Origin: Candidatus Bathyarchaeota archaeon
Lineage (GTDB): Archaea > Thermoproteota > Bathyarchaeia > Bathyarchaeales > Bathycorpusculaceae
Assembly: GCA_963717465.1 (NCBI GenBank)
Contig: OY970340.1
Location: 2,816,001 to 2,880,000 of the forward strand
Length of the DNA stretch: 64,000 nt
Direction of reading: 5' to 3'
Part shown: piece after piece, positions 42,610 to 54,303 of the stretch
Numbering within the stretch: position 1 is the stretch's first letter
Layout: each line of letters opens with the position of its first letter
The notes under the pieces: model-generated
What the model was told of the DNA's origin: nothing
Databases searched by the model: none
What the model saw: the letters and a program-made list of their open reading frames with translations, nothing else
Position numbers and translations under genes: made by a program

Positions 42610-42895
42610 GAATTATTAGTTTCAGTTTAAATTTATCGGCTAACCCAGGCTAGCCTGCTATTACAGAGCAATGCATCGAAAAGAAATCCAAAAGCAACTA
42701 TCACAAGCTAGAAAAGCAAGCGCTAAAATCATCCCCTAAATCTGTTCCTTGTTTGGATAAATAATTAGATAATTAATTAGGGTTGTCGAGAACGAAAGAA
42801 CGGAATTATTCACCTTAATTATGCTTCAGTGTAAAAAAAGTTAACATGTGGCGGTTTTTGCAGGACTGTTAAAGGAATTTGGATTTAGATCGTGA

Positions 42896-43320
42896 TTAGC
42901 CGAATTTAATTTTCTCTTTTGGCTTAAGGTTCGATTCAAACGTCCAAAAGTATGCTTCACCCTTTCCTAATCTGAAGATAAATAATCCCGGGCTTTCAGC
43001 ATTATAACCCATGTCCTTCAAGAAGGGCCAATCCTTAACAAGCTGCCTCTTCAAGTTAACGTCGTTGATGAATTCAATCGACCCAGCAATTCGCAACATC
43101 TTCATTTCTCGAGAACTCATTGTTTAAAAAGCAGACTTCAATCTTCGGGTTTGCTTTTAACTGCTTAGGAATTTTTTTTGTCTGTTGTACCAAAATAAAA
43201 GCCTGTTTTATCCGCACGCCATATTCCAACTGCCCTAACCCGTGGTTGATCTCCTTCCACAGTTGCAAGATAGCAGGTTGAGTTTTCAGTTGCAAATTTA
43301 ACACAGTCATCAAAATCCAT
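42896..43320 (-). CDS. Pyridoxamine 5'-phosphate oxidase-like FMN-binding protein with two frameshifts
   Basis: MDFDDCVKFA..YLATVEGDQPRVR / QLKANPKIEVCF / MLRIAG..AYFWT across three frames. Confidence 0.75.
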
Positions 43321-43844
43321 AATTCCATCACACAAGATGACTCAATTCGACAAAAATTTAAGTTTTTAGGTAACAAGCCAGATAAAAAGAAGGATAGCTC
43401 AAACTATGGAGCAACATCTAAAAAAGGTTGCAATATTATGCATTAATCGTTATTGCATGCTAATTGAAAAGACCATTCACCCCTTGGTAAACAGGACCTT
43501 TTTCCAACCGCATTGACTGCAACTAAAAATCTTGGTTTTTAAATCTACACTTAACTTACTTTCACACGATGGACATTTCAAGTTTAATTCCTTCGTTAAT
43601 TAATTATTGACTTTTAAACGAATACTTTGTTTTTGATTAAGAGACTTATGAATTAGAAATCCAGATTTCCAACCCGCTAAGCCTTCAATTGGCATCTCAG
43701 CCAGAAATTGGAAGATATCAACCAACAAAAGCATGCACTAAAAGAAGAACTACTTGCTGGACGATACAAGGGATAATCCGAAGAATGGCATATTCATCGA
43801 CAGCTACAGTGATAAAAGGAACACCCCAAGTTTTGTGCCGAGTT

Positions 43845-44927
43845 CTAAAAGAGAGTTTTTTGTTTTTCTCCTGAAACCAAACTTGAAACGCGTATGCCTA
43901 AGAGACGAACTTTTCTATCTTTTCTTAGGTTTGTCTTTAGGAGTTCAGTGGCGGTTTTTTTCAAGTCTTGAATTCGGTTTGTTATAAAAGGCAAAGTTTT
44001 GCTTCGGGTATGTGTTTCAAAGTTTTCGTAACGAATTTTTAAAGTGACAGTTTTGAAGAATAGATTTTGGCTGACTGTTTCTTTTTGAACCTCGTTTGAA
44101 AGGGAATTCAAAGCTTCAAAAATTAGATTTTGGTCAGAAGAGTCTTCTTCAAAAGTGATTTCGTGACTAACGCTTTTAACACCTACTCTGGGCTCAACTT
44201 CACTTCTATCGATGCCCTTTGCCATCAAGTACATTTGTGTGCCCATAACACCGAATCTTTCAGCTAAGACTGAAGGATCAAAATGCGCCAGGTCGCCGAT
44301 TGTGTTAATGCCTAACTCTTTTAGCCTAGCTTCTGTTTTGCGTCCGACCCACAGAAGTTTTCGCACTGGAAGAGGTGCAAGAAAATTTTCTGCTTCCTCG
44401 TCTCTCACCAAAGTCAAACCGTCAGGCTTCTGAATGTCGCTGGCTATCTTAGCAATGAGTTTATTAGGTCCAATTCCAATGGAACAGGTCAATTTCTCTT
44501 TTTGTTTTATTTCTTGCTTAATCAGCTTCGCGTAGGCTTCGGCTTCTGAAGGAGTTTTGGCTTTGCTGGTTACATCCAAGAATGCTTCATCTACACCCCA
44601 CTGCTCAAACTGGTCAGCATATTTTCTAACGATATCCATTATTTCTTTTGAAACCTTGATGTACAGATGAAAATTCGGAGGCAAATAAACCGCTTCTGGA
44701 CAGAGTTTCCACGCTTGTGAAATAGGCATGCCTGACTTGACTCCAGCTTTTCTTGCTTCATAATTGCTTGTGCTAACTACTCCTCTACCCTTGCCTTCCT
44801 TAGGGTTGGCGCCAACGATTACGGGTCTACCCTTGATTTCTGGGCGTTCGCGTTCCTCAACCGCTGTGTAAAAGTGATCCATATCCAAATGGAAAATAAC
44901 ACGCTTAATCCTATCTTGGAAGCCCAT
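43845..44927 (-). CDS. dinB: DNA polymerase IV (Y family)
   Basis: HLDMDHFY, SNYEAR, VDEAFLD, KPDG. Confidence 0.95.
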   Translation of the reverse strand: MGFQDRIKRVIFHLDMDHFYTAVEERERPEIKGRPVIVGANPKEGKGRGVVSTSNYEARKAGVKSGMPISQAWKLCPEAVYLPPNFHLYIKVSKEIMDIVRKYADQFEQWGVDEAFLDVTSKAKTPSEAEAYAKLIKQEIKQKEKLTCSIGIGPNKLIAKIASDIQKPDGLTLVRDEEAENFLAPLPVRKLLWVGRKTEARLKELGINTIGDLAHFDPSVLAERFGVMGTQMYLMAKGIDRSEVEPRVGVKSVSHEITFEEDSSDQNLIFEALNSLSNEVQKETVSQNLFFKTVTLKIRYENFETHTRSKTLPFITNRIQDLKKTATELLKTNLRKDRKVRLLGIRVSSLVSGEKQKTLF

Positions 44928-45295
44928 AAGGAAAAGTAACAGAGATTTTACTATTGAGCCTTTCCAACACAACCCGATAATAGAAAAAGCAAATTTTTGT
45001 TCGAGCAAAGAAGATGATAACAGTAACGACTAAACTTTACTTGTTAAAGACCCATTTTAAATGCAACTCGTTTAAAACCAACATTTATTAAAGCATTTTA
45101 CTTCTTATGGTAATTGTGGTTGCTTAGTCACGTGTTCTTCGCTTGAATAGCTACCATCTTAATACAAGTCTTTGCTTGAAATGCCTTTTTCAGAATAAAA
45201 GTGCAAAAATTAAAGCCTAAATAATCAAGCAAAAAGTCTGAAAATATAAAATTTATATGCAAGAGATTCTAATGAACGTTCAAAAGGTCTGACTT

Positions 45296-46528
45296 ATGAA
45301 AGTCGGGATTTTAACAGGTGGAGGAGATGCGCCGGGATTAAACGCGGTCATTTATGGTGCACTATTGCGAGCTTTTATGGAATGCCATGACAAAAAGACA
45401 TGCGAAGACATCGAGGTCGTCGGTATAAAAAAGGGTTGGATGGTTTTTGCTATGCCTGCAGAAGAGATGACGCCTGAAATCATCCAAAAATTTACAGTAA
45501 CATTGAATATCAGCAGTTTAGACGACCTTCACACGAAAGGAGGCACAGTGATATTCTCCTCCAGAACAAATCCCTACAAGGGTGTTGAGAAACTTGAGAC
45601 GGAGGAAGAAAAAACTGCCTTCCGTGAGAAAGTAGGTCGAGACTTAGCTGAGAAAATTAAGATTCTTGGGCTTGATGCTCTCATCGCCGTCGGAGGAGAT
45701 GACACCTGCGGAGTGGCGGCTGCAATGTATAAATTTGCCAACGCCAAAGTTGTCGCGTGCCCAAAAACAGTTGATAACGATTTAGCAGGGACAGATTATA
45801 CTTTTGGTTTTTTAAGTGGAGCCCAAGCGGCAAGCGACAGCTTAGAAGCGCTTACTACTACAGCGTATTCTCACCAGCGAATATTCGTGGTGGAAGTTAT
45901 GGGGCGAGATGCTGGCTGGCTAACATTGTACAGCGGCTTGTCCGCAGGATGCGACGTGATTTTGTTACCCGAAACCCCTTTCAATTTTGAAAAACACGTG
46001 GTAGATCAATTACGAAAGCGATCCAAAGCTGGATACAAGTATCACATGATTGCGTGTTCTGAAGGCGCCTATCCAACCAAGGAATCCCTTGACAAGGACT
46101 TTAAAACTTTTAGCCAGAAAGACATCGATAATCTGCCCAAAGACTCTTTTGGGAATCCGAAACTGAATCAATTGAACATGGCTTCCATTATTGAAAGAGA
46201 ATTAAAGCTAAGAGATGATTTGAAAGAAGAATTTGCAAGAAATGATGGCGAATATGAAATCCGCTCTGTAGTCTTAGGCCACACAATCCGTGGAGGGCAC
46301 CCGAATGTGTTTGACCGTATCTTAGGCTTACGATTTGGCTGGCATGCGATGGGTTATGTCATCAATAAAGAATTTGGAAAAATGACTTCTTTACAAGGAA
46401 CCGAGATTGTGCCCGTTGACATCATAAAAGGGTCAAGAAAGAAAGTGATAAATCCAAATTCCGACCTTGTAGAAATTCGAAATGCCATGACCTGCATCAA
46501 ACATAAAGCCAAGAATAACAATTGTTAA
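45296..46528 (+). CDS. pfk: PfkA-family 6-phosphofructokinase, probably PPi-dependent
   Basis: TGGGDAPG, GGDDT, PKTVDND, MGRDAG. Confidence 0.92.
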   Translation: MKVGILTGGGDAPGLNAVIYGALLRAFMECHDKKTCEDIEVVGIKKGWMVFAMPAEEMTPEIIQKFTVTLNISSLDDLHTKGGTVIFSSRTNPYKGVEKLETEEEKTAFREKVGRDLAEKIKILGLDALIAVGGDDTCGVAAAMYKFANAKVVACPKTVDNDLAGTDYTFGFLSGAQAASDSLEALTTTAYSHQRIFVVEVMGRDAGWLTLYSGLSAGCDVILLPETPFNFEKHVVDQLRKRSKAGYKYHMIACSEGAYPTKESLDKDFKTFSQKDIDNLPKDSFGNPKLNQLNMASIIERELKLRDDLKEEFARNDGEYEIRSVVLGHTIRGGHPNVFDRILGLRFGWHAMGYVINKEFGKMTSLQGTEIVPVDIIKGSRKKVINPNSDLVEIRNAMTCIKHKAKNNNC

Positions 46529-46802
46529 AAGAGTTTCAAGCTTAAAGTCTAATCCAAGTTTTCGTTCGTTTAATTAACAAAATGACCGCCACTCTTTTGA
46601 AGAATATATAGCTAAGCATGAAAAACGTTTACTTCCAAAGAGTAATGTATCATTAACATTTGCAAAACAGTTAACCAATCATATTGTTCAGCTTAAATTT
46701 GCATTTAAGCCGTGTAATCAGTGTGGATTTGGAATTTTTATTCCAATTTCATAACAGCTTAAAATCATCATTGCATTATTAAATTCAATTGCGAGGCCGA
46801 AC

Positions 46803-47033
46803 TTGATGCGACAACTATCAAAAGAATCAGCTAGCACTATAGCCGTAGAATTCTTGAAAAGACAAAAGAACACCCAAAAAATCGACGTTGCAATGGTTGA
46901 AGAAAGCAAAGACGGATGGGTCGTCAGAGGAACCTGCCCAATAGACCTTGCGGGTCACCAGTGGGCTGAAAAATTCACTGTTATTATTGACTGGAAGGGC
47001 AAAGTGAAATCAACCGACTACGAGCTACTTTAA
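46803..47033 (+). CDS. Hypothetical protein
   Basis: Open frame with natural composition. Confidence 0.65.
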   Translation: MMRQLSKESASTIAVEFLKRQKNTQKIDVAMVEESKDGWVVRGTCPIDLAGHQWAEKFTVIIDWKGKVKSTDYELL

Positions 47034-47064
47034 TTTCTCAGTTAACAGTTTGATTTTTAAGTTA

Positions 47065-47415
47065 TCAGTTTGTTGCTTTTCCTCGAGGCTTGCGGGATTT
47101 TCTTAGCATCTCTCCGCATTCCGGACAATAACGATTGCCTTTTGCTAAGGGAATTAGTGTTCCAGGCGACCAATGATGCCCATATGGACAGTGATGAGCA
47201 TAAGGAAACGATTGGTGCTGATAATCCTGAGGATTCGTTATTACATCCTCTTCAGTGCTTGAATTACTGGGTTGAATATTAACTCGCGGGTAGCTTCTTG
47301 CTTCCAAATTTACTGTTGAGAGTTTCTTATACTTAATGCTCGCAGGGGTGCCACATCTATCACATTTCTCTGCTTCTCCAAGTAAGCTTCTACCACATTT
47401 TCTGCAGAAACGCAT
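47065..47415 (-). CDS. Zinc-ribbon protein
   Basis: CRKCG..CDRCG and CPECG motifs. Confidence 0.7.
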   Translation of the reverse strand: MRFCRKCGRSLLGEAEKCDRCGTPASIKYKKLSTVNLEARSYPRVNIQPSNSSTEEDVITNPQDYQHQSFPYAHHCPYGHHWSPGTLIPLAKGNRYCPECGEMLRKSRKPRGKATN

Positions 47416-47617
47416 CACCCTGACCCCTAAAATATTCAAGCTATCTGCAACTCACGACTATTTATTTACTTACCATAATCTTTTTTAGAATTACAACACT
47501 TCTTTGCACAAAGTGAACTCAAATTTTTTTAGCAAGTTAGCAATTTTTCCCTGTCACGTAACGCGTCTTTTTTGCAAGGCTTATAGGCGGCAATCAGGAC
47601 ATTAAACAGGATAACTA

Positions 47618-48910
47618 TTGGGTGTAAATTCTGAACCTCGAAAACTGAAAAGAACGCTGGGACTATGGAGTTCCGTAGCCATAAATATCGGAGCAATTAT
47701 CGGCGGCGGAATATTCGTAGTAATCGGAATAGTAGCCGGTTTGGCGGGTTCTGCACTTATCATTTCAATGGTAATCGCTGGCGTAATTGCTTTTTTAACA
47801 GCTTTAGCATTTGCTGAATTAACCGCTTGGAAACCTCTTGAAGGGAGCGTTTACGAGTATGGGAGACAATTAATTTCTCCTACAGCAGGTTTTCTTTCTG
47901 GTTGGATGTGGATGTGCTCAAATACCTTTAGCGGAGCGGCGGTCGCTTTAGGGTTTGGGTATTATTTGACAGCTGCTGTTCCAAGCTTGCCAAGCAATAT
48001 TGTTGCAGCCGGTGTATGCGTAGTTTTCATGATCATAAACTTAATCGGAGTACGAGAATCAGCTACAGTAAATAACATTCTTGTCTCCATCAAATTGGCT
48101 GTTCTGGGATTGTTCGTGGTTTACGGGGCATTATTCTTTAAATCCACAAATTTTACACCGTTTAGTCCTCTCTCAAGCGGCGTTCTTTACGGAGCTTTTT
48201 ACATTTTTTTCGCTTATGGCGGATTTGCAAGGATCGCAGTTGCAGCTGAGGAAGTTAAAGATGCTAAACGAACAGTACCGCGAGCAATGTTACTTTCCTT
48301 AGGAATCTCGATGGCATTGTATATTTTGGTAGGTATCGTAGCAATCGGATTATTAAAGCCTACATCTCTTGCTGCCTCTAACTCGCCCTTAACAGACGCT
48401 ATGGCAGTCACTGGAAACAGTGTAGCGGCACAAATTGTTTCTGTCGGTGGACTGGTAGCCACAGCAAGCGTGTTGTTGACATCGATCTTGGGAGTTTCAC
48501 GCATGGCTTTTTCGATGTCTAGAAACTCTGATTTGCCATCTTGGCTGTCAAAATTGCACGAAAAATTTGACACTCCGTATTATGCAATTATTGCTTCTGG
48601 AATAATAATGTCAGCACTGGTTTTGTTTGTGCCATTGGAGAATGTTGTGGCCGTTAGCACGTTCTCTTTATTGTTTTATTATTCAACGACGAACATTGCA
48701 GCTTTTAAGCTTAAAACGGGCCATAGGCGATATCATAAATTTATACATGTAATTGGATTAGCAACGTGTCTTTTGTTATTCTCTTTAGTTGTGTTTGCCT
48801 CATTTGATTCGGTTATAATCGGATTAATTTTCCTTTGTGCTGGCTTCGTGTTCTATCAAGCTTGGAAAAGATTGGCAAAAAGACCAAACGTTTCAAAAAA
48901 TGATCAATAA
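47618..48910 (+). CDS. APC-family amino acid permease
   Basis: IIGGGIF, FFAYGGF..AEEVKD, about 12 TM segments. Confidence 0.93.
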   Translation: MGVNSEPRKLKRTLGLWSSVAINIGAIIGGGIFVVIGIVAGLAGSALIISMVIAGVIAFLTALAFAELTAWKPLEGSVYEYGRQLISPTAGFLSGWMWMCSNTFSGAAVALGFGYYLTAAVPSLPSNIVAAGVCVVFMIINLIGVRESATVNNILVSIKLAVLGLFVVYGALFFKSTNFTPFSPLSSGVLYGAFYIFFAYGGFARIAVAAEEVKDAKRTVPRAMLLSLGISMALYILVGIVAIGLLKPTSLAASNSPLTDAMAVTGNSVAAQIVSVGGLVATASVLLTSILGVSRMAFSMSRNSDLPSWLSKLHEKFDTPYYAIIASGIIMSALVLFVPLENVVAVSTFSLLFYYSTTNIAAFKLKTGHRRYHKFIHVIGLATCLLLFSLVVFASFDSVIIGLIFLCAGFVFYQAWKRLAKRPNVSKNDQ

Positions 48911-49113
48911 GCCACCTTGAAAATAGATTGACAGTTTCTGAATATCTTTTTTAATCGGTCTTACTCATTGGTTGGTAGATTTGCTTTAGTTACTAAATGG
49001 TAAGTCTTTCCTGTTTGGACGAAAGTTTTTTATTTGATGTTTATGATTGACTTTATGTTTCATAAAATATTGCCACAAGTATTATAATAAAAAGTTGTAA
49101 TTCAGGTGCAAAA

Positions 49114-49416
49114 ATGAACCTTCAATTGTATGCACTTCGAAGCTGGAATCAACATCGTCCAACAAAAAATCAGGTTCAACTTGTAGTTATAGACCTCGAC
49201 AAATCCACTAAATATCCACAAAACTTCGTTTGCGTCTTTCCGAAATATTTTCGTTTCATAGAAAAAAGACCGAGCCAATTCGTCAACATTTTCGGAGCAA
49301 AAAGTCTGCAAGTAGCAAAGAAACTTTTGATAGAAGCTTCTCGCAACGAAAAAGACCCAGAAGTCCGCCAAATCCTAAAAAATCGAATCAGGGAAACCGT
49401 ATTCCAAATAGAATAA
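49114..49416 (+). CDS. Hypothetical protein
   Basis: RBS AGGTG; open frame. Confidence 0.65.
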   Translation: MNLQLYALRSWNQHRPTKNQVQLVVIDLDKSTKYPQNFVCVFPKYFRFIEKRPSQFVNIFGAKSLQVAKKLLIEASRNEKDPEVRQILKNRIRETVFQIE

Positions 49417-49720
49417 TAAGAGATTAATTGGTTTTTGAATTTGCCATTTACCCTGGATTTACGAGAATTAATCCTTCTTTTCCAGGAATAATGCTCATGA
49501 AATAACTTTGCTCTAATGATATATAACATAGACAAGTGCGATCATTATGTGTTTCAATTACTAGAAAGATGTCAAATAACAGTTTAATTTCCCAGATTTC
49601 AGGAAATATTCAATAATTTACGCTGGAAAAAACGAACAAGTTAAATCAAGATACTTAATCAAACAGGCTATTAACCAGTACCCCTAAATTATTTGTTTAA
49701 GCGCGTGGTTTAGGGCAACG

Positions 49721-50975
49721 ATGAAAAAGAAAGAAAAGATTGAGATAGCAAAAACACGGCTTGTAGTTCTTGATGTGGAAGGAGTACTAGTTCCCAAAAA
49801 ACCGCTTCATATTTGATGTTGGAAAAAAAATAGGCTTTTCTAAACTTATTAGCTTCATTATTTTCGGGTTTCTTTATGAAATAGGTATGCTTTCTTTGGA
49901 ATCAACATTGAAAAGAGTTTACAAGAACTTACACGGCGTAACAATAGAGACCCTCTTGAGCATTTTTGAGAAAATTCCGGCGACCCCTCAGTTTAATTCT
50001 TTTTTTGAGGAATTAAAATCGCGTAAATGCAAAATTGCATTGATAAGCTCAGGATTGCCCACTATTGTTGTTAATAAGTTGGGTTCGAAAATCGGCGCTG
50101 ATTATTGTTTTGGAATAGAAGCAGGATTAGCTAATGGCAAATTGACGGGCGAAATTGGCGGCGAAGTTATACGAAAAAATGGAAAATTGGTTCTTTTAAA
50201 TCAAATTTTGCGAAACGAACAGTTAAGCCAGCGTGAATGCGCTATCGTGGCTGATGATAGGAATAACAGTTGTCTTTTTCTACCCGAAGTGAAAAAAATA
50301 GGTTACAATCCTGATTTCATCTTAAGGGTTAAAGCTGACTATGTGGTTTCAGGCAGTATTTCGAATATTTTGCCTATAATCGATGGGAATTCCGTTAAAC
50401 GTTCATTTCCGTCTACAAATGATTTTGTAAGAGAAAATATTCATGCCTCTGCCTTGTTTATTCCAATAGTCGCAGGTTTAGTTGGTGCACCAATCGTAAT
50501 CACCTTTATTTGTTTAATTGCTGCAGTCTATGCTATTTCTGAACTTCTTCGTTTAAACGGAATAAAGCTACCCATCATTTCGGCAATTACGAATCACGCA
50601 GCATCCCAGTCTGAACTCTTCGGCTTTGCTGCTGCACCATTGTATTATGCTCTCGGCATAGTACTTGCACTTCTATTTCCTACACCCGCAAGCAGCGCTG
50701 CCATAGCAATGTTTGCTTTAGGCGATAGTGCAGCCTCAATTTTCGGAGGCCTTTTCCATTTCTCGATACGCTTGCCATTCAACAAAGGCAAAACTCTGGA
50801 AGGCTCCTTAGCTGGGTTCTTTTTCGCTTTCCTCGCAGGCACCATCTTTTTGCCACCGCAAATAGCATTAATTGGAGCGGCAATTGCAATGACAATTGAG
50901 TATCTTCCCTTACCCATAAACGATAACGTAACAATACCTGTACTCACAGCTTTAGCATTAACACTAATCATATAA
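49721..50975 (+). CDS. HAD (SerB-like) phosphatase fused to dolichol kinase/CTP-transferase-like membrane domain; frameshift in the A-run near 49798
   Basis: LDVEGVL in the upstream frame, SSG, K, ADD..N; C-terminal GDSAASIFG..KTLEGS..DN. Confidence 0.8.
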
Positions 50976-51066
50976 TAATAACTATAAGGTCTTCCACATC
51001 CGGTTTGAACATTTTTAAGGCTCGTTAAGTGTGAAAATGTTAGACTTGAATTAGCAAAACCTCAGT

Positions 51067-51118
51067 GGTTCACAGGCTTCTCCAAATCTTTAGGTTCACA
51101 GGCTTCTCCAAATCTTTA
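51067..51118. repeat. Perfect tandem repeat, 26 bp x2
   Basis: GGTTCACAGGCTTCTCCAAATCTTTA twice. Confidence 0.95.
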
Positions 51119-51212
51119 AACCCTAAGAATTAACAGAATCGTTCTAACAAAGTTTATATGTATGGCCAACCAACTTAAATTGGATGGATTATCCAACCAT
51201 CAGAAAACCAGC

Positions 51213-51250
51213 AGGGTTTGCCGTCTCTCCTGATCTCAGCGGCAAACCCT
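51213..51250. repeat. GC-rich inverted repeat/hairpin
   Basis: AGGGTTTGCCG / CGGCAAACCCT, perfect 11-bp stem. Confidence 0.85.
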
Positions 51251-51623
51251 TGGTTTAAATATCCAATGATGCACAAGCCGATTAAGTCGAAAATCAAGTC
51301 CTTCAGTGAATGGTTAGCTTCTGAAAAATAGAAGTTTAAAGAGTCCGTCAATCGCTCTTAGCTTAGCCCTAATAATGCAGCTGTACAAGCGCCAAAATAG
51401 TTATCTAAGTTTTTAGCACATATTTTGGTGTTTGCTGAGAAAACGCCTAATCGTTTGAAAGAAACAAACTTTCCGCTCGGCAGACCCACGACAACATGCC
51501 AACCTTGGTAAAAAGTTTATTCTAAAAGGAGATAATCAAATAAGATTACTTAACGGCAACCAAACAACTCTAACAACCTAAAATGCAAAATGCTTAAGCG
51601 GTGCTTAACTTTTTCACCAAAAA

Positions 51624-52490
51624 TCATCCTTTTGCTCGAACGTCGATGAACGGTTTCTTGTTATTGTATCCAAATTTTATTTCTATGTACCCATCATTTT
51701 TAGTTGTCAAGCATTTTCTTTTTTCGCGTTCATGTTCAGTGTCTCTGTAATGCATAAGCCAACCTTGTGATAGCTTACTGTAATTGTCTACGGCGGTAGT
51801 ATCACAAAATCTTCCATCAGATATAATGGTTAAATAGGGTGTAAAATGTTCAAATAATTCTTTGCAAATTCCAGATTTCTTACCGTGATTAGGTGCGAGC
51901 AGTATATCTGCGTCTTTTATAGCATTAACAAATTCTTTATTGTCTAGTAGTTTTGTCCAAGATGGAACTTCGTTATCCCCGGGAATAATCATCTTGCTGT
52001 CAGCGTATGATACGATTGTGACCAAACTGCAATTATTTATGTTTGAATCAGTTGATGAGCCTGGATAGAAAGTTTGAATATTAACGCCTCCAGTATTGCT
52101 CGGAATACGCGTACTAATTTCCTTTGTTAACGGTGTGTCGTATTTACTACTAATTTCAAAATATTTTTCAAAAATTCTTTTATCTACGTCTCGAACGTCC
52201 TTCATAATTTCTTGTTTTGAAAGTGACTTTGGTCTTGAGAGGATTTTAGGATTTAGCTTTTGGAAATTTAGAATATCATTAATGTGATCTTTGTGAGGAT
52301 GTGTTATTATCACTTGGTCTAATTGGTTTACAGCATATTTTTCTTTGAGATGCAGAAGAGGACTAAACGTGTCGTCAGAAGATTCGTATGAGCCTACACC
52401 TAAATCAACAAGAATGTGTTTCTCATTAGGCGTCTTAATGTATGTTGAATTTCCATGTTTAACGTCCCAAACTACAATCTCAAGTGACAC
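51624..52490 (-). CDS. ComEC/Rec2-like metallo-beta-lactamase-fold hydrolase
   Basis: DVKHG, THPHKDHI, PGD, APNHG. Confidence 0.85.
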   Translation of the reverse strand: MSLEIVVWDVKHGNSTYIKTPNEKHILVDLGVGSYESSDDTFSPLLHLKEKYAVNQLDQVIITHPHKDHINDILNFQKLNPKILSRPKSLSKQEIMKDVRDVDKRIFEKYFEISSKYDTPLTKEISTRIPSNTGGVNIQTFYPGSSTDSNINNCSLVTIVSYADSKMIIPGDNEVPSWTKLLDNKEFVNAIKDADILLAPNHGKKSGICKELFEHFTPYLTIISDGRFCDTTAVDNYSKLSQGWLMHYRDTEHEREKRKCLTTKNDGYIEIKFGYNNKKPFIDVRAKG

Positions 52491-52589
52491 AGTATAGATT
52501 CACCGTTTAAACCGCACGCTAAATTGATCTTATTTTAAAAATTGATTCATTACTTAGATGTATATTAAATGTGCGAAAACTCGATTTAG

Positions 52590-53093
52590 CTCTTAGCGAC
52601 AAGCTAAATATTCTGCGGGCACTATCGACTTCTGGTAGTCTTTAACTAAGTATTTTTTCCCTTTCTTAATTACAGCGTGACCTTCTTGTTCCAGAAACTT
52701 TTTTTGAGCCTCCGCTCCACCAGGATACTTCTCGTTCAAAACACCTCCCTGTTTTTAAAGTTCTCCAGTAAGGGGTAACGTCAGTTTTCCCGCTTGCCTT
52801 TGTTCCTCAGCTGCGCGAGCGGCAATTGAAGCGAACAGTCCAGTAGTCAAAGAGCAACCAATCGTTGCATTATGCTTTGTTGCGAGAAAAGCTCAAATTT
52901 CATTTGCAGTTGTGAGTTTCCCTTTTGGAACTTTCTTCATTATTTGATCTACTTCTATCGGGGCTGGAATCACAATTGTTCCTTCACCCCATTTCTTGCT
53001 CATTCTGATAGATAGTTTTTCAACTCGCGGCAAGTCTTTGCTATAGTTAAGCTTTTCCTGCCACGTTAGCTTTCTGCCCACTAAATTCACCAA
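52590..53093 (-). CDS. MGMT/Atl-like alkylated-DNA binding protein, frameshifted
   Basis: VPKGKLTT, GCSLTTG, TPYWRTLK, LNEKYPGG..LEQEG across frames. Confidence 0.7.
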
Positions 53094-53118
53094 TAATAAA
53101 ACATCTTCTACTTTTTGC

Positions 53119-53385
53119 CTAAAAATTATTTTCTGTCTTGTTTTGCGAGTTAATTAGTTTGAGTTTTTGCTTGTGGGATAATTTCTTTATCTGTAACTCC
53201 CTTTTCATTGCTTTTCCACGAGAATCAAAACATTCAATATAAACGACTTTTTTTGGCTTGTGCGATTTAGTGTATTTTGCACCGTTGCCATTTGAATGGA
53301 GTTTTGTTCTTAAATCAACATTTTTTGTGTAACCCGTGTAGAAGGTTCCGTCAAAGCATAGCAGGATGTAAACGTAAAAGCTCAT
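53119..53385 (-). CDS. GIY-YIG nuclease (UPF0213)
   Basis: YVYIL..YTGYT..GAKYT..E.QIK. Confidence 0.9.
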   Translation of the reverse strand: MSFYVYILLCFDGTFYTGYTKNVDLRTKLHSNGNGAKYTKSHKPKKVVYIECFDSRGKAMKRELQIKKLSHKQKLKLINSQNKTENNF

Positions 53386-53392
53386 TTCGTAT

Positions 53393-54076
53393 TTATTGCT
53401 CCCGAGTTTCTTCTGGCAAGTAGTAGTTGTAAACTACGCCTTTTTGCATCGCTCGTTGAAGGTAAGATTCAGGGTCAATTTCTTGAACCTTTGCTTTGTC
53501 AACATCTATGATGTAGATATCCTGTATACGAGCGTTCTGAATATCCCCCAATGACACAGGGGGCTTGCTGTAGTATCTATCGCAGAGTTTCTTGATCTGC
53601 ACTATATCTTCTGAAGTTCTTCGTCTTGGCTGTTTTGCCAACGCGGATGGAAAAGGCAATATGTAGTGAGGGGGAACACCTAGAGCAAATTTTCCTGCAA
53701 AACTGCTATACCGAATTATTTTGCTTGCCAACCGTGCGGAAGTATAAGTTAACGGCGTCAACGCGTATTCCGGCGGGATAAATCCTGTTTCCACTTCAAC
53801 TATCAAGTTTCCGTAGCCTTTAACAGCGTACAAATCGCAAGTCAAAATCTCGTTAAGAGCGTGTTCAAGTTGCACCTCGTATTCCTTTAAAATTAAAAAT
53901 TTAGCGCAAACAAGCTCCATCACTGAATGATTAATTTTAACCACGTTCTCATTACGAAGAGTGACCAAACTGTCTTTAAGCAAATTCAATTTGTTCTCTA
54001 CATCTTTACCAGTATCGTGCGTGAGCCTGGACAATAGAACAATTAAATCATGCTCAAATCTTTCTTTACTACTCAT
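53393..54076 (-). CDS. Conserved archaeal hypothetical protein (PD-(D/E)xK-like)
   Basis: CDLYA..VEVETG. Confidence 0.7.
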   Translation of the reverse strand: MSSKERFEHDLIVLLSRLTHDTGKDVENKLNLLKDSLVTLRNENVVKINHSVMELVCAKFLILKEYEVQLEHALNEILTCDLYAVKGYGNLIVEVETGFIPPEYALTPLTYTSARLASKIIRYSSFAGKFALGVPPHYILPFPSALAKQPRRRTSEDIVQIKKLCDRYYSKPPVSLGDIQNARIQDIYIIDVDKAKVQEIDPESYLQRAMQKGVVYNYYLPEETREQ

Positions 54077-54303
54077 TCAACAGCTCCTTTCTCACAATAA
54101 ATATTATTTTACTTGGCATATTAGCCTTCAGCTAACTCACCTGTTAATAAAAAAGAATCAATCTGATCCGATTAATACAATCAAACTAGGAAACTATAAA
54201 GAATTAATGCCCATCCAGAACTTACTAGATATTGAAGAATTAGCAAATGTAAACTTTTTTCTCAGAGTCAGACCCAACTCGATTATTTCATGTTTTGATT
54301 GGA

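Noticed and set aside
51067..51118. CRISPR array
   Set aside because: Two directly abutting units, no spacer, no cas genes
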